NCBI GenBank assembly: GCA_036172245.1
Contig: JAYWIR010000017.1
Span: 2,170,001-2,234,000 of the forward strand
From: Raillietiella orientalis
Taxonomy: Eukaryota
DNA length: 64,000 bases
Reading direction: 5' to 3'
Part shown: one piece after another, positions 37,091 through 49,139 of the stretch
Layout: each line of letters opens with the position of its first letter
How positions within the stretch are numbered: position 1 is the stretch's first letter
Made by a program: the position numbers and the translations under genes
Notes under the pieces: generated by a model
The model's input: the letters and a program-made list of their open reading frames with translations, nothing else
Database searches by the model: none
What the model was told of the DNA's origin: nothing

Positions 37091-40000
37091 GTTCCTAGGC
37101 GAACGGTTCTCCAGTACTTAAAGAACCGAGCAATAAAGCGAAAGTCAATGGAGACGACTTTCACTTCCGGGAATCTTGACTCCAAGAACGCTTCCTGTTG
37201 GCGAAGGAGCACCTTTGACCGACGCAAGTCCAAATCCTTGGTCGTGCCTGTAAGCTTCTGAGAAGGATGCCCTTTTGAGACACAAAACAAAGTCATTTTC
37301 GGCAAACCCTCGTGAGAAGAAGCTCCGGAGAGGTACCTGTGAGGTACGTCCTCCTTCATGGGCTTTCTGCTCGTTAGGGATCCTTATATGAGAAGCTGGA
37401 TGGTAGATGCATACTTCTGATCTGGCCATTCGAAGCGATGAAGCATCGGAACTTTTCTTAGGGCCGTCATCTGCGACCCGGTCATACATCTCTCCTTCCG
37501 TTCAGGAAGGGTTTCCTAGGACGACATTGACCACGGATTTCAGCTCAACTCACTCTGTAGTTCCGGTGGCTTCCTGCTGGTGATTCGTGCTTGAAATCCT
37601 CTTTTGGGGATCCTGCCTCCTCTGTATCTGCGGAGTCCTGGGAACTCTCCCCTGGGGAAGGCTCTATAAATTCCTGACCGTTGTCGGCATGGTAACGAAC
37701 GCATCCCCCTTACTTTTGCTTTTGAATCTTGCAGCTCTTCTTGAAATCGTAACGGCATTCGTGCCAGATGCGAGGATTCAAAGGATTTCTGCTCTTCATC
37801 CTTTTGTCCCTGATTTATCCTTCATTAGGAGTTTGCTTTTCTATCCTTCTCGAATCGGATTTCTCCAAGCGGTGATCCTGGCAGACTCACCCACGGCCTC
37901 CAGTGAAGTCGGCTTTTCTTCTGCACCTCGAAACCAGAATGGAAACAATTTCCTTCCTGGTTTCAGGAGTGGCCACTGCTGGACCACTTGCTGAAAGCCG
38001 CTCGTCCTCTGCTGATTTCAAGCGGACCCGTGGATTATCTCCTTCGACAGCTTTTGTGATGCTTCTTGGAACCTTCTTGGAACCACAGGACTCACGGAAG
38101 ATTTTTTTTTTTTTCCTGAAGAATTGTGCTCAGGTCTCTGACTCTGCAGGAAGAATTGCCAGCAGTTTGGAGAGCAATAGCGCAAAGGATATGCTGGCAT
38201 TTAAGATCCGACAATTCCTCCCTTTTCTCTGGTTCGATGATCGTTGGACCAGAGACAACGGACAAAGAGAACCTCCTCCAACAATTCTATTCTTACAGGA
38301 AAACAAGAATGTTATCCCGTCCTTCGCTTCGCACCTCAGAAATCAGTTCTCTGGAATACCTATGTGGATTCTTTCGAAGGATGGATACTGATACTGATAC
38401 CGAAGGATGTCAGCTGCCGCTGGTTAGGACCAGAGATAACGAAGTTCCTGAAAGATTCACATTCTTCATGTTGCTTGGTCAGTTTCTAGAAGAGAGACAG
38501 ACGGAAGATTGCAAAACGCTCCGCTGCCGGAAAAGCAGACGGTGATTGTGGGTCCACACGGTTCATTATAAAAATCCAAGAAGTTTCTCCTCTCTGATGG
38601 TTGCAACCTGCGAAGGCAGAAGGCACGCGCTGTGTGTGGGGGTGGGGGAGGGGAGAGTGACAGAAGATCCTCCAGGCCAGTGAAGATGCAAAAACTTTTA
38701 TTGTGAATACTAAAGAAGAGAACGGAAGAAGGGAAAGCAAAGTCTATCGGTTTCTCTGATTTTCCTTCTCCGATCCAATCCGTGGGGCACTGAAATCTGG
38801 CTCTGATCTTGTGAATCAGCGGTCCACTCTCTGAGCTGCGGTGTGATGCTTTTTCTGTTGATTCCCGAGATCCAAATGAGAACTGGCTCAAAAGTCTTTG
38901 TGAACCGCAGTCTCCACTGTTCACAAAGCCTGCCTGCGGGTTGCACGACTGCCAAAATCCCTGAATTCGAAATCCAGGAAGGTAGATGAAACGATTTTCT
39001 CCTCCTTTCATCATCTTTTTTTTTTTTTTCTTTCTTTCCTTTTTCGAGGTTGTATTCACCTCAGTGATGCCGGCTGGATATCCGCAAGCATCTTTTTCTC
39101 GTCCTTAAGGGCATTTGGGTGGCATTTTTATCTGTTTGTTTCTCAAACGGATTGTCAAATGGACCATTCCTCAAGGTCTCAAACTCGCCGAAGAAGCATT
39201 TTGTTGAACCGGCTTCACCTTGATACTCCAAGCGCGGCACGGGAGCAGCAGTGTCCTCGTGATTGCCTCCCTTTGGAACAGCTCACCTGAGAGCCCCTCG
39301 CCTCGGGAGGGAATTCCGCGGAATCGGCACTTTCAGACTTTGACTCGGCGAGATCTGCGTGATCCTCGTCCTTCCATAGGAGACACAGGCGCAGCACGAA
39401 CTGTGGAGGACGCAGAAGAAATGCAACCGAGAGAGGTCCACAATTGAATGCATAAGAAACGGAGGCGTCCAGGATGCCGATTACGGAAGCGCCGCCCATC
39501 CTGACAACGGGATCGATGATAAACATTTCGTCTCCCCTGCCTCGGTTTTTCGTTTTGAATGCACCCGACGAAGCGTCTTGTAATCTGACCTTTGCCGTCT
39601 GGGTTTCACGCTACCATTTTATCGAAAACCATCCGCAATCATGGCGATCAACCGATATTCCCACAGGCTATCGTTACGAGCTCACGCAGAAGTGAGACGG
39701 GAATCTGCAGCGCCTACTGGGAGCATGCGGAGGGCACGCTGAGAACGAGGAAACTCGAGTGAAGAAGGGAAATCGACTGCCGAGGATCCACCCAACTAAG
39801 AGATTACGAGGGCAACACGAAAGAGTTGGAAGGTAGAAATGCCAGGATACGGGAGTAACTTCATCTGTCCATTCCCATTTCTCAACAACTCATCCAAGTA
39901 TCGCTAGCTTCACCTCCCAAAAAAGGAGAAAGAAGAGGAGAAGGAAGAAAAGGAAGCAGCCAAGTCAGAATGCGCTGCTTGAAAAGAAACAAAGGGAGGA

Positions 40001-41189
40001 GACCCGGAACGGGTGTTTTCAGAAAGATCTCGAAGGGAAGATGCGAACAGAAAACGTGGTTCCTGAATGCTAGGCCAGGAAACGGGGCGATGTTTCGCAG
40101 ATGCAAATCAGAAGAAAGCAAGCCGCTGAATTCGAGAAGGGATCTCAACCCGCGTTGAGAGGTAGCTCTGCAGATAGGAGGTGATCTGGTTCGAGTCACC
40201 TCTCTGGATGCAGCGCAAGGACTCCCCTGAGTCATCCTGGAGGGTGACGAAAGGCATCTCGAGCAAATCAGTCTCATTGGAGAGTGATGGAGAGGACGAA
40301 AAAAAAACATCCCAGCTTCTGAGGTGAATCCTCAAAGTAATCAAAGCAGTAGGTGGTAGCGGGAGAAACGCGCTGGCGGAAGATCGTCTGGAAACGGAAG
40401 TCGAAGCGTTCGGTGAACCGGAGATAAGATGCTTTCCTACGAAATCCTGGCAGATGCCTTCGGGTACGTCATAGGGAAGCTCGTTGCCGATGATTGGAGC
40501 GAAAGGAATTCTCATCAGGAGATGACCAAGAGTCACTGGGTCTTGATATGAACAAAAACGAAAACCACAGAGTATCCATAGGGTGATGAATGCAGATTCA
40601 AGTGGAACCTGGACTTGAGCAGCTGCCATCGCGGGAGCAGCAACAAGAACGATTGTTAATGCAAACAAAGCTCCGTTGTTAGAAAGTAGGTGGTGGTTAA
40701 GGGTTTCAAAAGAAGTCTTTCATCACTGATGCTTGCAAGATCCGCCGTCCTTGGTGTTAGTCAGACAAAGGTTGCAGCTTTGAAATCCAACTGGTTTTAC
40801 TTCTTCATTCCCACTTTATAGAAATTCCATAAGAGTACAAGTTATCGTACAAGTTGGGTGTCTTCCTCTAGATGTTTTCATTTTTGTACTGTCATAACTA
40901 TTTGGCCTACGCGTCATCGCCTTGTCGAGAGCCCTCGTGTGCAGCTGTTTGAAAACAAAAAAAAAATGCTCCATTGCAGCATGAAACACGGAGGAGAACG
41001 CTGAATTCATCAGCTTCTTCATCCACCCTTCATTCGGTTTTGAGTTTTTGGTTTCCAACCCTCTGGCAGCTTCATTCGCGTTCGGCTTTCTCTCCGAGAC
41101 AGGAAATTCGTTTTGAGGTTATTCAGCGTTTAAGAGGTAAAAACATAGCCCACTCCTTACGAGGTGAGTGATGGCTATCAGAAAAGGTG

Positions 41190-41695
41190 TGCACTTCCGC
41201 ATAGAGCAGATCCATATAACGCGACAAAGACAGCTCTCGTACAACGCGGTAAATCAGCCTCGTACGGCGCTGTGGATTCATTTCTGATTACGTGGTACAG
41301 GGTCAGTTCAGCTGTCTTTTTTTTTTTTTTTTCCTAAAGGAGAGAAAAGAGAGAGAAACTATGAACGTGTGGTTCAAGTAGCCTGAGTTCTGTTTCGTTC
41401 CGATTTTCGTGAGCCAAATGGGGCAGGAAGATACATTTTTCAGCAACGAGAACGATGGAGCTCAAAGCATGACTCGTTCCATCGATTCCATGGCAACACT
41501 CGAAGAGCTTTGACCTCGATAAAAAATAAGGCTTTTGATTGTTCGTTTGTTTCAAAGTGGAATATGCTGCTGTTCAGGATACACTTTATATCTATTATAT
41601 CTACCACTAAGATATTCCCCGTGTAAAACCTATAACACTCGCCGTCATAACTTATAGCGCGGAACGTATCTCCTTCGTTATACGCAGGGTCGCTC
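41190..41695. mobile_element. pogo-like MITE, copy 2 (in Hlx intron)
   Basis: 41243-41634 is identical to 26862-27254 apart from one T in a poly-T run; the termini are similar but diverged. Confidence 0.75.
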
Positions 41696-41759
41696 CCCAA
41701 AGGGAGCAGCGCACTTCTTACAATCTGGAAAGGCTAAACTCCCAAGGAGGATATCTATT

Positions 41760-42070
41760 AACTCCACGGGACATGATGCAGGGCTGTTTCACAACCGTGG
41801 GTGAACCCTGAAGGGAACCGGCTCCTTGATTCCCGGAAGGACCTCCAATTCCGGCCCGTCATTAGGGCCATCCGGGGGTTTCCGGATTCCAGTGCCGCAC
41901 CCGATGCCTATAGTGCAACAGCGTCATCCTCATCCTGCGGAGGATACTTGAAACCCACGACGCACCCATTTCTCTGGCGTCGGTCCTTTCCCGGGCGGGA
42001 TTCGAACTCACAGCGCTTGGACCCACGAACGGAGACGGCAGCCACGCGGCTGCCAGCGTGGACGACGGAG
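41760..42070 (-). mobile_element. tRNA-derived SINE, partial
   Basis: Reverse complement shows the head (GCGCTGTGAGTTCGAATCCC) and the family body motif GACGCCAGAGAAATGGG...GTGGGTTTC. Confidence 0.65.
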
Positions 42071-43179
42071 CTCTGCTAAACTTGAGAATCTCAGCTCCTA
42101 TTTGGAACGTGTCTAAAAGTTTCTTCGTCCCTAAAGGCTTTCTTCTTATTGTTTCTTTGAAAACGGGTGTTTTTGTTTGTTTGTTTATTTGTTTTCCTTC
42201 TCTGCAGCTCGTAAGCAGGAGATCAATCTGCGAGCCGTGTTGTCCTCAAACAACAGGCACAGAGGGGGGAAAACAATCGAAGGAAAATGCATCTGCATTC
42301 ACAAACAGAGAAAAAAAAAAAGGAGCAGTTGATGATAGTTGGGAAACACAAGATGACACTTCTCCTCACATTGAATTTCATCCCTTCCTATGTTCACAGG
42401 CGAGAGCTTTTCCTCCCTCAGGCAAACACCATTTCATCCGCTGTACCATGGCGTGAGAACGTTTTTTCCCCAAGGTGTTTCCTGCTTCGCTTGTGAGAAT
42501 GATTTCTAATTCAAATTCATCCCTACAAACGAATCTGGAATCATTTCTTTAAAAAAAAAAAAAAGGAAAACACGCGAAGGCATGGCTTGGCTCTTTGAGG
42601 TCACGTGATTCTTCATAACAAAAGTGGTGCATGGCATTTCAAGGTGTGGCAACAGTTCCACTAGTACAGGGACGGCCTGAAACGAAGGGAACGTCCCCGA
42701 TGCCGTGGTTACATTTCTGTCCTGTAAAAGACATTGCGACTGCACCCAAGGAGCATTCCACAGTTCTTCAAGGCCAATCCAGTCGTGGACTGGCGCGGGT
42801 CATTGCGTGCGATCCGTGGTCACCGCAGCGAACGAATCCGCGGAGGCGGCGGCCCGTGGGAGCAGAGTTCACGCCTTCCCCTTCCGATTCCTCCCACGAC
42901 CCTACGAGCGGTTCTCTCCATACGCGTTCGCTCCGGCGGGTCGTTTATGGGAGTCGAATTGGTCGAAGGTTTGCGGTCGCACTTCGTATCCGCAGCCCCA
43001 TTCTCCGTCTCTCTGTTTTCGCCCCCACTTCCCCATCGCGACAAGAGAGGACGCGCTTTCTTTCCTCTCCTTGGCTCCCCGCAGGGGTGGGGTCGCCAGG
43101 TCCCTGCGCCCAGACCGCGTGGGACTCTCCCGCTGGATCGGCGAGGCTGGTCCTCTTCTGATGCGCCGTCTGCTTCCAG

Positions 43180-43382
43180 AGGAGGCGGCGCTGCGCATCC
43201 CCCCCAGAACCTTCGACGGAAACGCGGAACTCAAGTTCTGCAAGAAACGACGCACCTGGTCCAGAGCAGTTTTCTCCGCCCTCCAGAGGAAAGGGCTGGA
43301 GAGAAGGTTCCAAGTCCAGAAGTACATCAGCAAGCCGGACAGGAGGCTGCTTGCCGCGTCCCTAGGGCTGACGGACGCTCAG
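43180..43382 (+). CDS. H2.0/HLX: H2.0/Hlx homeodomain exon (helices 1-2)
   Basis: KKRRTWSRAVFSALQRKGLERRFQVQKYISKPDRRLLAASLGLTDAQ|GT. WSRAVF and QRKGLE...KPDR are diagnostic of the Hlx/H2.0 family. The 5' boundary (acceptor ctgcttccag) is inferred. Confidence 0.95.
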
Positions 43383-43744
43383 GTGGGTTTTCGCCGGGCG
43401 ACCGCGCACAGGCGTACGTCTTTGGCGTCCCGTCCCGGCCTCCCGGCCCTGGGGCGAAGCGGCGCTGTCCTCTGCTGGCTTACCGTGAGCAGCGCAACCG
43501 CAGCCACCGGCGTCCTGAGGACCGCGATCGTCGACCTGATGTGGAATTGCGCGCCGGGATCCGAAATGTGAGGGTATCTTAGATGGCAGCAAACGGCGAA
43601 GATTGCCCTGTGCCTGCCACGATTAGCGCCCATGGTTTCCGGAGAAAGGAAATCCCTCCCAGCTACGAAGGTGCGCCGGAAGCGAGCCACTTTCCAAGAG
43701 GTACCTGGACACAACGACCAGTGTGACCAATGCAAAGAGGACAC

Positions 43745-43945
43745 CGTGAGGGAGGGAGGAGAAAAGAAAAAGAGAAGAGAAGCAGAAGAGGAAGAGGAAG
43801 AGGGGAAGACGAGGAAAAAGAGACGGGGAAGAGGAGGGGGTACAGGAAGGGAAGGAGAAAAGAGGGGAAGAAGAGGAGAAAGAAGAAAAGGGAAAAAGGA
43901 AAGATAGAGAAGGAAGAGAAGGGAAGAGGAAGAAGGGAGAGGGAA
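43745..43945 (+). repeat. GA-rich low-complexity tract
   Basis: About 200 nt of almost only A and G. Confidence 0.9.
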
Positions 43946-43958
43946 GGCATCTGCTTTT

Positions 43959-44950
43959 CCATCGCCCCACCAGTACGACAAGGGGACGCGAGGTCCAGGA
44001 GGCGAGATAATGCGACCATCCTTCCAGGATCGAGAAGGGCTGCAAGGGTGATGGAAGACTTCCATTAGGTTGCAGGGCGACGCTAGCGGCGCCGGTGGCT
44101 GGAAGCCTTGAATCTCCTCTGGTGAGTTTCCTTTGGAATCTAGTGTGCTACCCCCAACCAACCGGGATCTCATGACCCTTATGAATTCTTCGCTCAAGGC
44201 GTAGGTGGAACTCAGGGTTGCCCCTACCCCACTTTCTCTTAAAAGGGAACGAAATGCAAGGCTGGAGATCGGAAGGGAAAGAAAAATGTCGTAAAGGAAT
44301 GGTCAAGATTTTCTGATCCTGGATTAGAAACATTCTCCGGGATAAGAGAGATCAGAGAATTGGCACGTGATGGAAGCATGGGACCCCTTTATCTCCCCTG
44401 TTGGGGAGGGGAGGGAATTCAGGTGACCTCGAGAAGTTCAAGCCTTCTTGCGAGGATCTCCGGGAACCCCTCAGGATTCACGCACACGATTGGTCCTCGG
44501 AGCCACCGACACGACGGAAGTCTCGCCAAAACCGTGGTCGCTATAGAAGTGCGCGCCGCGGGGTCACGCAGCCAGCGCGCAGCATCTCGGATCGCGAACC
44601 TCGGTCGCGTTTACCCGGATCCGTCAGGGGTGAAGATCTTCAAGAAGGTTGAAGAAAACGACAGGAGACATAGGACACGTCGTCTCGAGCCGTCTTGTCG
44701 GAGGGATCGATCGGGAACGGAGGAGCGATTTGGCGCCGATGACGAGGGCCTTCCCTCGGAAAAGTCACGGGGAGAAGGCGGAGGGAAATGCCACTCCTCT
44801 TTTCTGCCTCGGAAAAAGGAGCTCCAAATGCATCCAGGAGAGCTGAGGAGAGACACTGGAGGATGCTACACAGAGCGCCCGCGTGCCAAAGTCCCCGTAG
44901 AGGAGGAGCAGCGCCCCGCCGCAAGAGAGACAGGATGACATCTGGGTCGG
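43959..44950. mobile_element. Degenerate interspersed repeat, probably LINE-derived
   Basis: 43959-44100 is homologous to 47791-47935 (CCCCACCAGTAYGACAAG..GACGCGAGGTC...GCAAGGGTGAYGGAAGACT). A HWRMLHRA stretch resembles the L1 ORF2 C-terminal region. Confidence 0.5.
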
Positions 44951-45872
44951 GTCCTTGCGGGAAGACCCGACTTTGGTCGGAAGGAAATCGACCCTTCCGG
45001 CTGCCGCTTGGGATAGACGAGAAGAGAGAGTGGGGAAGCGGGACCGCGAGTAGGTCGGGAGCAGCGCTCGTCCGCTGGAAGGGGACTTTCAGCTGATTGG
45101 TCCAGCATCAGCGATCGCATCGGCTGATGCTGCAGGGAACGAGAGACGCGGATGCTTGCGCCAAACCCAGGAGACCGGCAGGGCGCCGTGCGCGGGAGCC
45201 CATCCCACCGCACGGAGGAGTCGGTCCGGAGGGTTCCGCACCCCTGGGATTCTTCCCGAGAGCGACTGAGCGATCCGGACGCGCTTCGGTCTCGCCGAAG
45301 GCGGAGGCTGGAGGGTTGAGGCGGAACTGCCAAAGGGAATCCTCTCGGGAAGCTTTGCCCTAGCCGCGCCTGGTGGCTCCACTTCCACGCTTTTCCGTCC
45401 CGTCCGTCGCCAAGGCAACGCCTGCTGAGAGCACCGGAAGGAGTAGGCGACCCGCTCGCTCCTTCCCTTCTTGCCTTTCTCTCTTTCCACTTCAGCAGAC
45501 TGGTCCAGCGCCACCACTTCCCGAACCTTCTACGAACCGAACTCTCGTTCCGAGGTTTTGGAGGGGATGAGGAAGCGGCCGATGGGCACGGTCTCCTCTG
45601 GGGCGATCTCCATTTTCTCTGAGGGCAATCACTTCAGAAGAGCCGTGGACCGAGAAGGTCCTGGAGAAGAGGGCTCGGAGAGGACTGAGCCGATCCGGCA
45701 GCCACCGTCAACGCTCCGCAAGTCTGAGGAACTCCCGGGGATCGCCCTCGGAAGCGCCGTCGCGGGAGCGGCCGGGAGACGCTCGTCTCCCGGGAGTTGC
45801 TATGCCGCGCGGCCGGAAAACGCACTCTGCACCCGCTGGCGGCGCTCCTCACGCCTTCTCCTCCCGTTCTAG

Positions 45873-45956
45873 GTGAAGGTGTGGTTCCAGAACAGAAGGA
45901 TGAAGTGGCGGCAGCAGAAGGAGGCGAACTCCAAGGCGACGTCGTTCCTGGGATGA
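45873..45956 (+). CDS. H2.0/HLX: H2.0/Hlx last exon (helix 3 and stop)
   Basis: ttctag|VKVWFQNRRMKWRQQKEANSKATSFLG*. The intron lies at the common homeodomain position 44/45. AATAAA at 46043. Confidence 0.96.
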   Translation: MKVWFQNRRMKWRQQKEANSKATSFLG

Positions 45957-46309
45957 AGCGCCCCCGCGCGAAGGCAAGGCGAGCACCGTTTCCGTATTCA
46001 GCTGGCGCCGGGTCCGCCATCGCCCCACGAGTGGAGCTCCAAAATAAACCACGAGTCCTGTGGCGGGGCAGAACTCCAGAAAATCACCACGGGCCCGTTG
46101 TGGAGGGGAGGACTTCCAGCTCGCGGCAGGATGGTGGAAGGGCGGGTCCGGACCGCGCAGGAGTCGCGCCCTTCAAGCAGCTTTAGTACCAGCGCGCGAA
46201 GGTCACCTCTGTGCGGCTCGCTCCCAGCAGCCCTCTCGCTCTGGAAAGCCATGATCGAGGCCTCCCAAGACCGTGGAAAAATCCCTGCTCCTATCCTCCA
46301 CACACGTCC

Positions 46310-47105
46310 GCGTCGGAGGCCTTGTGGTTAAGGCTTCCGCGTGTGGCACCATGCGTCGCGGGTTCGAATGCACCGGCAGAAAGTGACGCCATTGCGTCGT
46401 TGGATTCCGAGTTTCTCCTGCAATAGCGCTGGTTGGCCTAATCATTCGGGAGTGGCACCGGCGGTGGATTAAGCCGTAGGTCCCCGATGAAGGCCGGAAC
46501 AATGGGAGTCGACCTTCGGGTCCTTCCAGGAAAAAAGGAGTGGGGAGTTCTTCCTCCTGTCGTGCAACGGAGAGCGGACCCTCCTCACCGGGGGGACTCC
46601 TCCGGTTTCAAGATGGAGCAGAAGCCCTCTCGGGCACCTCTCCAGTTGTTCAAAGGAGCGGATCCTTCTTGTTGCTGGGCCTTTCCGAGTCATCTCCTCT
46701 TCACAGAGTGCAAGGAAGCAAGCGAGAGTGATTCCTGCAGGGAAGCTGCAGAGCTCCTTCTGAGTTTCGGAAGCATCCCTTCGGGGTTCTCTTCAGAGGA
46801 GTGAACAGGTGCGGTTCCCTTACGGGCTCCCTCCGGAGAAGAAAGTCCTGCTAGCGGATCCTTTCCGGGTTATCTTCGGAGAAAATGAAATGGAGAGGAC
46901 AGACCCTCCCCATTGGAGGGATGTCCCTCCGGAGAGAATGAGGAAGGAGATTCCCTTCGGGGTTCCCCTTCGGAGACAACCAGGGTGGGAGGTGCGTTCC
47001 CCCCATCCGGGGGGATCCCTCCCCAAGCGTGAGAGGAACGGACTCCGAGCCCTTCCTGGATTCATAGGGCGGACCCCCATCCTGGGGTGCCCCTTATCCT
47101 GAAGA
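46310..47105 (+). mobile_element. tRNA-derived SINE, long copy with the best-preserved head
   Basis: D-arm-like GCCT-TGTGGTTA-AGGC (46319-46334), B box GGTTCGAAT (46361-46369), body, and hairpin-rich tail. Confidence 0.82.
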
Positions 47106-47294
47106 ATTACACTGAAGATTACACGTTCCTTTGCGGGTTGCCGCAGGCGGAGAGGCGTGGAAACAAAACAGTGTGTTTAAAAGAGCCACGTGCGCCGCGA
47201 GTCACGCGACCGACCCTGAGGTACTTAGCGCTCAGTGGCATAGCGAGATTCGCTCACGCTTCGCGCAAACCGAACGCCAACACCAGGAAGTGAC

Positions 47295-47555
47295 TATCCC
47301 TCCTCCTCTTTCCTTCCTCTTCCTCCTCTTCTTCTTTCTCTACCTGTTCCCCTCGTTTTCTTCCTTTTCTTCCCTCCTCCTTTTCATCCCCTTCTCCTTC
47401 CTCTTCCTCCTACGTTTCCATCCCTCTCCTTCCTCCTTCTCCTCTTCCCCTTTTCTTCCTTCTCCTTCCTCGTCCTTCCCTCCTTTTCTTCGTTCTCTTT
47501 CCCCCTTTCTCTCCCTCTTTTGCTTCTCTTTCTTTTTTCTCCCCCTTCCCTTACA
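47295..47555 (+). repeat. CT-rich low-complexity tract
   Basis: About 260 nt of almost only C and T. Confidence 0.9.
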
Positions 47556-49139
47556 GTGACCATTTTTCATTGACCAGGTCTTTGTATCCAGGCACCCCAC
47601 GGAATCTGACCCACTTCTCACTCTCCTCCGTGACTAGGAAGGACGTCATAGGTTCCTGAGCTCTCAAGCTGATCGTGTTCAGACTGGTCTTGCTCAGCTT
47701 ATTCTTGGTTCCATTCTTCTCTTTCTAACGGGTTCGTATCCTTTGGCCTTGGACAAAAGGATACGAGGTCACCCGTCAGTTGAGGGATGTCCATCTCTCT
47801 CCCCCACCAGTATGACAAGCAGACGCGAGGTCTAGAAGGCGAGCCGGCGCGCTCATATCTCCAGGAACGAGAAGGACTGCAAGGGTGACGGAAGACTCCC
47901 GTCTGCACGCAGAGCGCCGCTAGTGGTACCGCTGCCGCCTCCTTGGGAGTACATAGGGTCCTCTTGTACAGCTCTTCTCTGTTTCGGACGCCTCTGATAC
48001 AGCTCCCCGGGTCCGGCGACTCCCCCCGGACTGGCGTGCCGCTTCGGTCTCCTCGCGTCGCGTTTCCAGTCGCCCCTTCGTGAATGCCCGGACTCGCTCG
48101 CCCGAGCGTTCGGTCCCGAGCATTCCCCGTGCATCTAGGGGAGGGAGAGGGAAGCACTGGGAGCCTTTCGGAGCCGTCTCCAGACTGACCTCCGCATCCG
48201 CGCGAATCCGGGGTGCCGCCTCGCAGGATGGAAGAGGTGGAGCTCGCGCGCGTGCACCGTTAGGGCTTTCAGGAAGTCTCCTGCAAAAGAACGTGCTGCA
48301 TCCGGAACGCGGTGGGAATTCCGGCCGACTGGAGACGCTTCCAGGATGCCTGAGGAGGCTGCAACGTGTCTGTCATGTATGGCTTCCAGTCTTTCCATGC
48401 TGGAGCGCCCTCCTTCCCGGCCGCGGAAGCTCAAGCTCATCCTTTCGGCGCCGCGTTCGCTGTTCTTCTCCCGGGGACACACTCCCAGCTCGGTGGTTCC
48501 GTGCAAGAAAGGTCGCTTAGGATTTTGGAGAGGGCCCTCCGAAAGTCTACGTCCTAGCCCCAAGCAGCAAGGGATTATCTGCTTCCACTTCCCTCTTGTT
48601 TGCAGTGAAAACAAAGAGGTTTTCCGTGGTCGCCGGGAACTCTTTTTCGCTTGCAGCAAACCAGGAAAGGCCAAACGAATAAAACGGGATGAGAGGAAAA
48701 ACGAGGAGCTGCTGCTCGTTCGCCTCTGCGACGCTGGTTAGCCGACAGCCCGCGAGCCAGGGTGGGACTTCCGACTCGACCCTCCGCTTCCCATCTGAAC
48801 GACGGAGGACTTCTGTCGCCAAGCGCCGCGGGAGGGCGAACGGTTTTTTTTAGGGGGCCACAAGGAATGAAGCGGACAAAGCGAAGCAGAGCGCCCTCAG
48901 GCAGTTGCAATGCTTCGTCCTCTTCCTTGAGAAGTGGGAGAGATGGAGTCTCTTGCCTCCCTTCTCGACTGTTGCCAGCAAAGCCGTTTGTCTGGAGATG
49001 AGTTTGCGTGGTCTCGCCTCTCTTCTTCGTCCGGCTCCCGGTCAAGCACCAGCGGATCCCTCGAAAGGTGCCCATCAGCAGTTCCAAAGGGAGTAGGCAT
49101 TCATCAACTCCGATTTCCTTCGAGAATGCGTTAATGTGG

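Noticed and set aside
43379..44197. 272-aa minus ORF and overlapping ORFs
   Set aside because: Produced by a low-complexity GA tract inside the Hlx intron.
45086..45509. Imperfect ~20-bp direct repeat (CAGCWGAYTGGTCCAGC) about 400 bp apart
   Set aside because: Too short, and no element features are visible between the copies.
46751..46800. Hammerhead-like CTGAAGA...GAAAC on the minus strand of the SINE tail
   Set aside because: No room for stem III, and GAAA is not conserved in other copies (GAAT, CAAT).
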